From an uncultured virus (IMG/VR IMGVR_UViG_3300042397_001422) (lineage: Duplodnaviria; Heunggongvirae; Uroviricota; Caudoviricetes), in IMG/VR virus record IMGVR_UViG_3300042397_001422: 64,000 nucleotides of DNA. One strand, 5' to 3'. The notes beneath the pieces are model-generated. The model was given only the letters and a program-made list of their open reading frames with translations, was not told where the DNA came from and made no database searches. The translations under genes were made by a program, and so were the position numbers. Positions 1 through 9,511 of this stretch are shown here, in pieces. How positions within the stretch are numbered: the first letter of the stretch is position 1; each line of letters starts with the position of its first letter.

Positions 1-93
1 GAGCACGTATGGGGAGATTTAGATGGTGATGGTGAAGAAGAATGTTTAAAATGTGGCAAAATCAGAGATGAAGATGCCGAACAAGTAGGATAA
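1..93 (+). CDS. 3' end of a hypothetical protein (partial)
   Basis: Open frame from window edge, EHVWGDLDGDGEEECLKCGK...VG, ending in TAA at 91-93. Confidence 0.6.
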   Translation, partial: EHVWGDLDGDGEEECLKCGKIRDEDAEQVG

Positions 94-139
94 AATAAAG
101 GTTACATAGTTTCATAATTAAAAAAAAGGAAAAAAGACT

Positions 140-394
140 ATGGCTAAATTTACTGATATTTTCAAAGATTCAAATGATTTGAATGAGAAAACAATCGTAG
201 GGTTTGCATCATTTATTGTAATGACAGCATTTGCAGTTACTGATTTGGTAACTGGGTATTTAGGAAAAGAATTACTTGTAAATGAATTTATTTACAATTC
301 ATTTATGTACATAACATTAGGTGCTTTTGGTATCGCTGAAGTGGGTAAAATCTTTAATAAAAAAGAAGAACCAAAAGAAGAAGAATTGGGATAA
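140..394 (+). CDS. small two-TM membrane protein (holin-like size)
   Basis: Two hydrophobic segments and a charged C-terminus. Confidence 0.55.
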   Translation: MAKFTDIFKDSNDLNEKTIVGFASFIVMTAFAVTDLVTGYLGKELLVNEFIYNSFMYITLGAFGIAEVGKIFNKKEEPKEEELG

Positions 395-398
395 TTTA

Positions 399-426
399 AA
401 AAGGGAGATGATTTCTCCCTTTTTTT
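399..426 (+). terminator. intrinsic terminator
   Basis: AAAAGGGAGA-TGATT-TCTCCCTTTT followed by T run; near-identical copy at 7738. Confidence 0.8.
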
Positions 427-452
427 ATATTTATATAAAAATAAAATACAAT

Positions 453-1526
453 ATGGCAAAAGAACAAATCCCTGCAGGTTGGCAAGGTGGGTTTCCATCT
501 GAAAATCAAAAGCAAATGTTATATCCTACTACGGATTTATCTTCATTACCTATGTTGGGTAATATGGATAACATTAATTTACTACAAAGACAATGGGGTG
601 TTAAATGGCCAATGTTTAGTTGGAATACCCTAAATGGGGAAAAAGACCCAAAACGTTGTTATGTACAATTTGCTCCTTATATTTCTAGAATAGGATATAC
701 TAATGAAGGTAGAATTTATTCAATAATCTGTCCTCAGCAGGGGATGTGGGTTGGTGATGAAATTTGTATCAATGTTGAAGTAACAGTTACTGGACAAAAA
801 GGGTGGGTAAATGAAACTACAAAAGAAATAGCCGCAGATATGATGGTTGAGGGAAAAATTTGGCTAACACCAAGTGAACATCAAGGTAGTCATTTAAAAG
901 CAATTTGGCCATTATTAAAATATAGTGCTCATAAATACCCTATTGACAAAGAAAACGCAATTCGTGTTTCAACCCATTTACCAGGAAATCCTAAACAACC
1001 TGTATTTCAACTTGGAAAAGGTTTATCTTCAAGATTTAAAAATCCACAATTTGCTATAAAAGAAGAAGCATTTACAACAGGACATATCAATGTAGAAATA
1101 GGAGGAATAGTTCCTACAAACGATGCCAAACTAGATAAGTTCAATCAATATTTTTTAGATATTTTTAACTTAGCTACTGGTAATATGCTACAAAAGGGTA
1201 ATGTATTATCGTGGAACTTATTTTTTGATTCACCTGAATTAGTTTCAGTTTCTGAATGGCAAAATCACGCTGATTATTGGCGTACTTCTATAAACGCTCA
1301 TCATGGTTCTCCAGATGGTGAGGGAACAAGTCCAAGATATTTTGATGGAACATATTTTGACACTAAAAATTTCGCTATTAAAGAGGTTATTAAAGAAATT
1401 TTAAATCACGTAGTAAAAAACCCCACATTGAGAAAGGGTTTAATATTATTTGTAGAATATTGTCCTAAAACAATTTTGGATATATTTTTAAAAAAAAGTA
1501 AACAACCTAAAACAAATACACAATAA
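453..1526 (+). CDS. hypothetical protein
   Basis: Long ORF; start moved to ATG 453, downstream of the terminator. Confidence 0.7.
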   Translation: MAKEQIPAGWQGGFPSENQKQMLYPTTDLSSLPMLGNMDNINLLQRQWGVKWPMFSWNTLNGEKDPKRCYVQFAPYISRIGYTNEGRIYSIICPQQGMWVGDEICINVEVTVTGQKGWVNETTKEIAADMMVEGKIWLTPSEHQGSHLKAIWPLLKYSAHKYPIDKENAIRVSTHLPGNPKQPVFQLGKGLSSRFKNPQFAIKEEAFTTGHINVEIGGIVPTNDAKLDKFNQYFLDIFNLATGNMLQKGNVLSWNLFFDSPELVSVSEWQNHADYWRTSINAHHGSPDGEGTSPRYFDGTYFDTKNFAIKEVIKEILNHVVKNPTLRKGLILFVEYCPKTILDIFLKKSKQPKTNTQ

Positions 1527-1529
1527 ACT

Positions 1530-1772
1530 ATGGAAGACGAATTAATAGGAATCATTAAATTATTCGGTGGAAACTTTATTCCACGAGGATATATGGAATG
1601 TAATGGACAATTACTACCAATAAATCAATATCAAGCGGTGTATTCAATACTTGGTAATACATATGGTGGTAATTATCAATCAATGACATTTGCTCTACCT
1701 AAATTAACCCCTCCCAATGAGAATATGAAATATATTATGTGTGTGGAAGGTGTATACCCATCAAGACAATAA
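1530..1772 (+). CDS. phage tail collar domain protein
   Basis: IGIIKLFGGNFIPRGYMECNGQLLPINQYQAVYSILGNTYGG...TFALP signature. Confidence 0.85.
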   Translation: MEDELIGIIKLFGGNFIPRGYMECNGQLLPINQYQAVYSILGNTYGGNYQSMTFALPKLTPPNENMKYIMCVEGVYPSRQ

Positions 1773-1776
1773 TACT

Positions 1777-2520
1777 ATGACAAAAGAAGAAATATTATAC
1801 AATGTTGGTTTAACTGAAAAAGTTTATTCCGAACAAAAAGACATCGATTTTAAATCATTGGGTTTAAAATTAGTTAAGTGGATTGAGGATAAAAAATCCG
1901 ATACTCAGGGATTCGTTGCAACAAAAGATAAATCAATTTATATTGTTTGGAGAGGCAGTTCATCTAAAAAGGATTTCCAAAATGATGCATCAATTGATAA
2001 AGTTCCTTTCATTGAAGAAGGTGAAAAAGTTCATATTGGATTCAAATCATCGTGGGAAGCAGTTAAAGATAAAACATATCAGGCGTTAGATGTTGCACTT
2101 AAAAACTTAGGCCAAGAACATTCAATAGATAATATTATTGTTTGTGGTCATAGTTTGGGTGCTGCAGTTTCAACCTTATCTGCATATGAGATTTATTCGA
2201 TTTACAAATCAAATAAAATTATATGTTGCACCATTGGTAGTCCAAGAGTTGGAAATAAAATATTTAAACAAAACTTTGATAAATCACCGATAGAATCCCT
2301 AAGAATAGTTCATAATTTAGATGTTGTTACTCGTGCACCAAATATTGGATATCATCATGTTAATACCGAATTAAGGATTGATGATGAGGGTAATGTTAAA
2401 AAATGGATGGTTGATTGGAAAAGAGTAGGTGATTACCTTAAAGCAGTTTTCACTGGTCAGACAGTTAAAGACCATATGACAAGTAATTATATAAGTGCAT
2501 TAAATAAATGGAATCCATAA
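1777..2520 (+). CDS. class 3 lipase (alpha/beta hydrolase)
   Basis: WRGS, VHIGF, GHSLGAA, GSPRVGN, DVV and terminal DH motifs. Confidence 0.85.
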   Translation: MTKEEILYNVGLTEKVYSEQKDIDFKSLGLKLVKWIEDKKSDTQGFVATKDKSIYIVWRGSSSKKDFQNDASIDKVPFIEEGEKVHIGFKSSWEAVKDKTYQALDVALKNLGQEHSIDNIIVCGHSLGAAVSTLSAYEIYSIYKSNKIICCTIGSPRVGNKIFKQNFDKSPIESLRIVHNLDVVTRAPNIGYHHVNTELRIDDEGNVKKWMVDWKRVGDYLKAVFTGQTVKDHMTSNYISALNKWNP

Positions 2521-2529
2521 AAAAAATAT

Positions 2530-3249
2530 ATGAAACAATTATTAGTATTTTTGCTTGGTGTTTTACTAAGCAATGTTGCCATTGCCCAAACTGTGGGAAC
2601 AACGAAGACCGAAAATTACAAAGCAAGTTTCGAAACAAAAGTAGACATTAGTCAATTCTTAGATTATGAAGGTAAACAAATCCCAATACAGATTCTCAAA
2701 TGTGGTATTGGTGATGAAGTTTATGAGCAGTATCCTGAACTCAAAGAAAAGAAAGTGGGTTTGGGTGTGGCTAATATCACGATGGAATATTTGGAGAATC
2801 TTAACAGGTTTACGTTTACGGAGGATAAGACAGAAATTAAGAACCGCATGGTAAAGCAGTTTCAAGCTTCTCAATCTGGTATTTCGCAAGATAAGTTAGA
2901 TGGCAGAGGAAAAATTAGATTAGCACATTATTTTGTAGAAATTGAAGTGTATGATTTTTCAGTATCCGAAGATGAGACAGTAAATTTAAGTAATGGTGTT
3001 AAGAATAAAGTAGTAACTCGTTTGGGTTTACAAGTTCGTTTCACAAATGCAGAGACAGGAGAAATTATAGCAGCAAGTGGATTGGGTGAAGCGGTTACAA
3101 CAAGAGAATTATCACTCCTTTCAGATGCAACTGTGGATGAGGTTAAATTCAACCAATCAACCATTGGAACATCTACAAAGAAAGCATTGGATATAGCATG
3201 TGCAAGAATATTAGGTAGAATGATTAAAAAGGGTGTGTTCGAAAAATAA
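2530..3249 (+). CDS. secreted CsgG-like (curli assembly fold) protein
   Basis: Signal peptide; NRFTFTE, VYDF and LQVRFTNAETGEIIAA pattern. Confidence 0.6.
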   Translation: MKQLLVFLLGVLLSNVAIAQTVGTTKTENYKASFETKVDISQFLDYEGKQIPIQILKCGIGDEVYEQYPELKEKKVGLGVANITMEYLENLNRFTFTEDKTEIKNRMVKQFQASQSGISQDKLDGRGKIRLAHYFVEIEVYDFSVSEDETVNLSNGVKNKVVTRLGLQVRFTNAETGEIIAASGLGEAVTTRELSLLSDATVDEVKFNQSTIGTSTKKALDIACARILGRMIKKGVFEK

Positions 3250-3269
3250 AATCGATAATATTTAATAGT

Positions 3270-3971
3270 ATGATAAAGTTAAAGAAAATATTAAACGAAG
3301 CAACTGCATCTGATATTATAAAAGATTTAGATAAGGTAAGACATGAGTTAATTAAAAAAGTAGATGTCTTAATTGCTAAAAAGAAAAAACTTTATTCTAA
3401 TATGGATATAGAATCCCCAATGAGTGCGGATGAAAAACAATTAGATAAAGATATACAAAGTATATTCTCACAAATACAACAAATAATTCAACAAAAAAGA
3501 AGTATTAAAGAAGGTGTAGAAACTGATACAATAGAGTGTGCAGAATGTGGTTGGGATTGGGATTTAGAAGATGGCGGTGAAGAACCATATGTTTGTCATA
3601 AATGTGGATACGATAATTCAGATGAGTACGATGAATTGGATGTAGAGGATGATGATGAGGAGGATTTCTTAAATTACTTAAAAGGATATAAAACCGAACT
3701 AAAAGAAGCAAATTGTAATTGTGTTTATGAAGCAGAATACAAAGGTAGAGAAGTTAAGTTAGGCAAACCAATGCAAGGTGATGTTAAGAAGTTTAAAGTA
3801 TATGTAAAGAATCCTAAGACAGGTAAAGTTATTAAAGTAAACTTTGGTCAAAAGGGAATGGTAATTAAGAAAGATAATCCTGCTGCTAGAAAATCATTTA
3901 GAGCAAGAATGAATTGTGATTCACCGGGGCCAAGAACAAAAGCAAATTATTGGTCTTGTAGAAAGTGGTAA
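3270..3971 (+). CDS. phage hypothetical protein with zinc ribbon and basic Cys-containing C-terminal domain
   Basis: CAECG..CHKCG; C-terminal KKFKVYVKNPKTG..ARKSFRARMNC..YWSCRKW; N-terminal MIKLKKILNE. Confidence 0.65.
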   Translation: MIKLKKILNEATASDIIKDLDKVRHELIKKVDVLIAKKKKLYSNMDIESPMSADEKQLDKDIQSIFSQIQQIIQQKRSIKEGVETDTIECAECGWDWDLEDGGEEPYVCHKCGYDNSDEYDELDVEDDDEEDFLNYLKGYKTELKEANCNCVYEAEYKGREVKLGKPMQGDVKKFKVYVKNPKTGKVIKVNFGQKGMVIKKDNPAARKSFRARMNCDSPGPRTKANYWSCRKW

Positions 3972-3974
3972 TAT

Positions 3975-4002
3975 GATAATAATTTGTTAATATTGAATTA
4001 AC
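3975..4002 (+). promoter_or_regulatory. possible PhoB/OmpR-type direct-repeat box
   Basis: GATAAT (3975), GTTAAT (3986), ATTAAC (3997) at an 11-bp period upstream of the TBDR. Confidence 0.35.
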
Positions 4003-4053
4003 CTATTAAAAGAAGCGAGAGCATAATTATTGAGGAACTAACTTAAATAATTT

Positions 4054-6534
4054 ATGGCCCGTTTCTTTTTTATTTTGTTACTATTTCCATTTGTAGCGTT
4101 TTCTCAAACCTCCCAATTAAGTGGAGAAACAAAATCCAAAACCGAAAAAATATATTTTTCACATATTACATTTGAAGATGTGAATGGTAATAAGTTTTCT
4201 ACAATTTCTAATGAAAACGCTGAATACAAAATCAATCTAAAATTAGGTGTATATAAAATCAAAGCATCTTATGTTGGTTATACTACCTATACAACACAAA
4301 TAAACTTAATATCAGATACTACATTTGATATTATATTGTTGGATGATACAAAGCAATTATCAGAAGTCGTTGTTAGAGCAGCAAATCAAAAAGTAACTGA
4401 TGTAGCAGTAGTTAGAACAATCCGAAATAGTAATGTAGTATCCGATGGAGTATCCATAGAATTCATTAAAAAAACACCTGATAGAAATGTTGGTGATGCT
4501 CTTAAAAGAGTAAGTGGTGTAACAATCCAAAACGATAAGTTTGTATTAGTAAGAGGATTGGCGGATAGATACAATTCAGCTATCTTAAACAAAACCCTAC
4601 TACCATCAACCGAACCTGATAGGAGAGCATTTTCATTTGATATAATTCCAACAGCATTAATTGATAATATTATAGTTGCTAAATCAGCATCGGCAAATCA
4701 GCCAGGTGATTGGAGTGGTGGATTGGTTCAGATTACAACAAAAGAAGTTTCTGATAACTTTTTTAATATCTCATTGGGAAGTGGTTGGGGTTTAGTTTCA
4801 ACTTTAAAGGATTTTAAGTTAGTTCAAGCTACTGAATTCCCTTCCACATTCCCATCTACATACGGATACCGTGTTAGTAGTAATGGTGATAAAAGATTAT
4901 ACACAAAGCAATTCAGTAATCCAATAGTAGATGGGTTTACTTCATCCCCAAACTTAAATGGTGGATTATCATTTGGTGTAAAGAAAAACAAATTCAACGC
5001 TCTATTCAGTTCAACCCTTAGAAACACATATGGAATAAATTACATAGATAGAATCGATTACCAATCCTCAACCGAATTAGCATACGATTATAGAGATACA
5101 TTGTATACAAAAAGATTTTCCGCAAATGGTTTATTGAATTTAACTTATTTAGGTGAGAACCGATATAGTTGGAAAACATTAGTGAACTATCAAACGGATG
5201 ATTCTTATATGAATAGAAATGGTGAGAACTATGATAATGTTCAGAATGTTCATAGTAATTCATCTAACCACATAAATAATATTGTAGTTAATTCTCAATT
5301 CGATGGTAAACTTAAAACATGGGATTTTAATTTAGGGTATAATTTAATTTTAAGAGAACAACCTGATTATAGAGTTAATCCAATTACAAAATCATTAGGA
5401 GTAAACGAACCATATACTACGGCGTGGAGAGATACATATCGTTTTTGGAGTGTGATGGATGAAAACTCTTTTAGTGGTAACATTAACAAATCATTTGGTG
5501 ATATTAAGATTGGTGGTGGCTACTTAAAAAAGATTAGAGGATTTAATGCAAGAATATTCCGTTATCTTTCAACTGATATGTTAGATGAGATAACAAACAA
5601 TACAGACAAATACACTGCTGATTTTGATTTAGGTAGTGGGTATGTAATGTGGGATAAAGAATTTGGTTTATGGAAATTAAATACAGGTGTTAGAACCGAA
5701 TATAATTTATTTGGTGTATCTACTGCAGATTTTAGTGGAAGTAAAGTTAAAGTTAATAGAGAGTATTTAGATGTATTACCATCTCTAAATCTTTCATACA
5801 ATTTAGAAAAAATAAAGTATAGATTTTCATTAAGTAAAACATTAGCAAGACCGGAGTTTAGAGAAGTTGCTAATTTTGCTTATTATGATTTTGTAAGAAA
5901 TGCACAATTATTGGGTAATCCTAAATTAGAAAAATCTGACATATATAATTTAGATTTGAAATGGGAATTATATCCAAAAGCAGGAGAGAATATTTCAGTA
6001 TCCCTATTTGGTAAGAACTTCATAAAACCAATTGAACAAGTAGTAGCAGATGGGTCAGTTCCATCTAACTTATTATTAACTTACGCAAACCCTGATAACG
6101 CGTATCTTTATGGTGTTGAATTAGAATTTCGTAAAAAGGTAACTGAATGGTTTGATTTTTATACAAACGCTTCGGTAATGAATTCGGAAGTAAACGTGAA
6201 AGGAGTTAAAAGACAATTACAAGGACAATCAAATTATGTATTAAATGGTGGGGTTAATATCCACAAAAACAAAAACACACTTAACGTAACTTACAATAGA
6301 GTAGGCGATAGAATATCAGCAATAGGATTTCAAGGTTATCCAGACATTTTTGAAAATAGTAGAGATGTATTGGATGTGACCCTTTTACATAAATTAAATA
6401 AAGGTGAAATAAAATTGGCAATAGGTGATTTGTTTGGCCAACAATCAATCTATTATCAAAAATTACAAAACCGAAATTTGATAAAAACAAACAATGAACA
6501 AACAATTTCTTTAACATTAAATTTAACATTATGA
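4054..6534 (+). CDS. TonB-dependent outer membrane receptor
   Basis: Signal peptide, N-terminal beta-sandwich, plug (DALKRVSGV, VRGLADRYN), barrel motifs LPSLNLSY, ARPEFRE, GNPKL. Confidence 0.9.
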   Translation: MARFFFILLLFPFVAFSQTSQLSGETKSKTEKIYFSHITFEDVNGNKFSTISNENAEYKINLKLGVYKIKASYVGYTTYTTQINLISDTTFDIILLDDTKQLSEVVVRAANQKVTDVAVVRTIRNSNVVSDGVSIEFIKKTPDRNVGDALKRVSGVTIQNDKFVLVRGLADRYNSAILNKTLLPSTEPDRRAFSFDIIPTALIDNIIVAKSASANQPGDWSGGLVQITTKEVSDNFFNISLGSGWGLVSTLKDFKLVQATEFPSTFPSTYGYRVSSNGDKRLYTKQFSNPIVDGFTSSPNLNGGLSFGVKKNKFNALFSSTLRNTYGINYIDRIDYQSSTELAYDYRDTLYTKRFSANGLLNLTYLGENRYSWKTLVNYQTDDSYMNRNGENYDNVQNVHSNSSNHINNIVVNSQFDGKLKTWDFNLGYNLILREQPDYRVNPITKSLGVNEPYTTAWRDTYRFWSVMDENSFSGNINKSFGDIKIGGGYLKKIRGFNARIFRYLSTDMLDEITNNTDKYTADFDLGSGYVMWDKEFGLWKLNTGVRTEYNLFGVSTADFSGSKVKVNREYLDVLPSLNLSYNLEKIKYRFSLSKTLARPEFREVANFAYYDFVRNAQLLGNPKLEKSDIYNLDLKWELYPKAGENISVSLFGKNFIKPIEQVVADGSVPSNLLLTYANPDNAYLYGVELEFRKKVTEWFDFYTNASVMNSEVNVKGVKRQLQGQSNYVLNGGVNIHKNKNTLNVTYNRVGDRISAIGFQGYPDIFENSRDVLDVTLLHKLNKGEIKLAIGDLFGQQSIYYQKLQNRNLIKTNNEQTISLTLNLTL

Positions 6535-7733
6535 AAAAATTATTAGGTATTATTTTGGTATTAGGATTATTCAGTTGCCAAAAAGAATTAGGTGGTGATA
6601 TAACTCCTATCAATGTTCCAACTTCAACAACTTTGAGTGGTAACATTAACACAACAACAACTTTGACATCAGACAAAGTATGGACATTAAAAGGATATGT
6701 TTATGTAACTGATGGTGCTAAACTTATTATCCAACCGGGTACAACAATTATTTCTGATATTGCAGAGAAAGGTGCATTAATTATTGAAAGAGGTGCACAA
6801 CTTTTAGCAGAAGGAACTTCGGCAAAACCAATTGTATTTACATCAGGCAAAGCAGTAGGTGAAAGAACTCCTGGTGATTGGGGTGGTGTGGTATTATTAG
6901 GTAGGGCAACTACTAATAGAACTTCCGAACCAACTATTGAAGGTGGTATTGGTAGACCATATGGTGGCACTAACGATATAGATAATAGTGGTATTCTAAA
7001 ATATGTAAGAATTGAATACGCTGGTATCGCAGCAATGCCAAACTCTGAAATCAACGCCCTAACATTGGGTGGTGTTGGTAGTGGAACAATCATTGAGAAT
7101 GTTCAAACTATTTACGCTAACGATGATGCATTTGAATTCTTTGGTGGAACTGTAAATGCAAAGAACTTATACGCTTATGCAACTGCGGATGATGATTACG
7201 ATTTTGATTTTGGATATAGAGGTTCAGTATCTTATTCAGTATCAAAGAGAGACCCATTATTTGTAGATGCCGGTGATGCTGGAAATGGTGTAGAGTGTGA
7301 TAATGATGGAACAGGTACATCTGCACAACCATTCACACATCCTAAATTAGATAATATGATTTTAGTTGGACCATTTGATGTAACCGCATTAGCAAACCAC
7401 AATTTAGGTTTAAGATGGAGGAGAGCAACTCAATTCACAATTACTAACTCAAAGATTGTTGGATATCAAAAAGGTGGATTCTCAATGGAAAGTAATGAAA
7501 CTGCACAGGCATATAAAGATGGTGTAAGTAAGTTCCAAAATAATGAGATTCAGGCGTATGAACCATTATTAAACTTCAAATCAACATCAACTATATTTAC
7601 TGCAGCTGATATGAAGGTAAAAGCTTTATCAGAGGGTAACAAACAAGTATCTTATACAAAAGCTGAAATGGAAATATTATCCAAACCAATATGGATTAGT
7701 GGTTGGACTAGATTCCCAACAAAAGGTAATTAA
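6531..7733 (+). CDS. surface lipoprotein, beta-helix (pectin-lyase-like) TBDR partner
   Basis: Lipobox LFSC; PIVFTS, GDWGGVVLLG, DNSGILKYVRIEYAG, DDAFEFFGG. Confidence 0.75.
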   Translation: MKKLLGIILVLGLFSCQKELGGDITPINVPTSTTLSGNINTTTTLTSDKVWTLKGYVYVTDGAKLIIQPGTTIISDIAEKGALIIERGAQLLAEGTSAKPIVFTSGKAVGERTPGDWGGVVLLGRATTNRTSEPTIEGGIGRPYGGTNDIDNSGILKYVRIEYAGIAAMPNSEINALTLGGVGSGTIIENVQTIYANDDAFEFFGGTVNAKNLYAYATADDDYDFDFGYRGSVSYSVSKRDPLFVDAGDAGNGVECDNDGTGTSAQPFTHPKLDNMILVGPFDVTALANHNLGLRWRRATQFTITNSKIVGYQKGGFSMESNETAQAYKDGVSKFQNNEIQAYEPLLNFKSTSTIFTAADMKVKALSEGNKQVSYTKAEMEILSKPIWISGWTRFPTKGN

Positions 7734-7737
7734 TATC

Positions 7738-7765
7738 AAAAGGGAGATTTATTCTCCCTTTTTTT
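7738..7765 (+). terminator. intrinsic terminator after TBDR-lipoprotein operon
   Basis: AAAAGGGAGA-TTTAT-TCTCCCTTTT followed by T run. Confidence 0.8.
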
Positions 7766-7777
7766 ATATTTATACAT

Positions 7778-8011
7778 ATGATATATAAGGTTATAGATGT
7801 GCCGGTAAACGACCCATGTGAAGAATGCATTTCATGTATGAGGCTTAAATTAATGGAAATTGGATTCGTGAGTGGACAGGACATTGAGATACAAAAAAAA
7901 CAATGGGGGTTATATGTTATCAATCTGGTTTCAAAACAAGGACACGTTGAACAAACTATAGCATTAAGAGAAGAAGAATTTAATCGAATTTGTTTAAAAG
8001 AAAAAAATTAA
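7778..8011 (+). CDS. feoA: FeoA-domain protein
   Basis: RLKLMEIGFVSG...IALREEE, SH3-like FeoA pattern. Confidence 0.7.
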   Translation: MIYKVIDVPVNDPCEECISCMRLKLMEIGFVSGQDIEIQKKQWGLYVINLVSKQGHVEQTIALREEEFNRICLKEKN

Positions 8012-8033
8012 TATTAATAATTTAATAATACAT

Positions 8034-8062
8034 AAGTCCCCCAATAAAAATGGGGATTTTTT
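8034..8062 (+). terminator. probable terminator
   Basis: AGTCCCCCA...TGGGGATT followed by T run. Confidence 0.55.
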
Positions 8063-8074
8063 ATTTATACCTAT

Positions 8075-8794
8075 ATGCTAAAAGAAATACTTACTATCGT
8101 TATACCTTGTAAAAATGAAGGTATTAACATTTACGATTGTTTAGGTTTAATTTGTAAACAATCTGATATAGAAGGAACTAATGTAGTAATTGCAGATAGT
8201 TCCGATGATGCGGATTCACTTTATTGGTTAAGCAGGGCAAGAATCGATTTTGGGTTCTCCATAGTAATTCATACCATCAATGGTGGATATCCTGCTAAAG
8301 CCCGTCTAAATGGTTCACAATTGGTAAAAACACCATACGTTCTATTCTTAGATGCGGATGTGATGTTAAGAAATAAAAATCTATTAAAAAATATATGGGA
8401 AACTTCACTTGCATATTACGAAGTAGATTTAGTAACAACTCCATTTCAGACAGAAAAGGGATGGAATTGGGTTTTCCGTATTTTTGATAAATTTCAAAGA
8501 TTGAGCACATTATTAGGTACACCATTTGCAGTAGGAGGATTTCAGATATTTAATACCAAAACCTATTGGGAGATTGGTGGATATAATCCCGAAGAATTAT
8601 TTGCAGAAGATTACTCACTTTCATCTAAAATAAATCCAAAGAAATTTTGGATTCATAAAACAAAAGGAGTGTGGACATCTGCAAGGCGATTTAAAAATAA
8701 AGGAGTATTATGGATGTTTAAGATAATGATACTAAGTTATATAAACCGAAATAATCCTAACTTCTTTAAACACCACCACAACTATTGGACATGA
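8075..8794 (+). CDS. family 2 glycosyltransferase
   Basis: IVIPCKNE, LFLDAD, GGY..ED, TSARR. Confidence 0.85.
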   Translation: MLKEILTIVIPCKNEGINIYDCLGLICKQSDIEGTNVVIADSSDDADSLYWLSRARIDFGFSIVIHTINGGYPAKARLNGSQLVKTPYVLFLDADVMLRNKNLLKNIWETSLAYYEVDLVTTPFQTEKGWNWVFRIFDKFQRLSTLLGTPFAVGGFQIFNTKTYWEIGGYNPEELFAEDYSLSSKINPKKFWIHKTKGVWTSARRFKNKGVLWMFKIMILSYINRNNPNFFKHHHNYWT

Positions 8795-9507
8795 AATATC
8801 AAGCAATCATAGTATCAGATTTACACTTAGGTATAAAAGATTCTAAAACTGATGAATTCATAGAATTTATAGAATCACATCCTACGGAATTATTAATTCT
8901 TAATGGAGATATAATTGATGGTTGGGCATTGAATAGAGGTTCTAAATGGAGAAAATCGCATACCAAAGTAATCAGTAAGTTATTAAAGATTTCTAATAAA
9001 ACTCGTATTATTTGGATTAGAGGAAACCACGATGAATTTATTCAAGAATTTATGAATAATCACATTGGGTCAATTGAAATAAGAGAGGATTATATCCTAA
9101 ATGTGAACGAAAAAAAATACTATTGTTTTCATGGAGATGTCATCGATGTATTCATTACAAAATATAAATGGTTATCAAAGATAGGTGCAGTGGGATATGA
9201 TTTTGCACTTTGGTTAAATAGAGTTTACAACACATATCGTAAGTGGAGAAAACTACCTTACATATCCATCTCACAAAAGATTAAAAATTCAGTTAAGGTT
9301 GCAACAAATTATGTAAATGATTTTGAAACCACCGCATTATCAATGGCAACTAAAAAAGGATGTGATGGAGTTATATGTGGGCATATCCATCAACCAGAAG
9401 ACAGAATGATAAACGATAAGAGATATTTAAATAGTGGTGATTGGATTGAGAATATGAGTGCAATTTGTGTTGATGGAAATGGAATGTTATATTTATATAA
9501 AAGATAG
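8791..9507 (+). CDS. metallophosphoesterase, PlcP-like phospholipase C (LpxH-related family)
   Basis: SDLHLG, GDIIDGW, GNHDE, HGD, CGHIH, YLNSGDWIE. Confidence 0.8.
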   Translation: MKYQAIIVSDLHLGIKDSKTDEFIEFIESHPTELLILNGDIIDGWALNRGSKWRKSHTKVISKLLKISNKTRIIWIRGNHDEFIQEFMNNHIGSIEIREDYILNVNEKKYYCFHGDVIDVFITKYKWLSKIGAVGYDFALWLNRVYNTYRKWRKLPYISISQKIKNSVKVATNYVNDFETTALSMATKKGCDGVICGHIHQPEDRMINDKRYLNSGDWIENMSAICVDGNGMLYLYKR

Positions 9508-9511
9508 TCCT

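Noticed and set aside
8005..8036. Pho-box-like repeats upstream of the GT2/PlcP-like pair
   Set aside because: TTAAT repeats are present but not at a clean 11-bp period in very AT-rich DNA
8791..9507. Annotation as lpxH
   Set aside because: Has GNHD rather than GNRD and no lipid A pathway context; PlcP-like is the better fit
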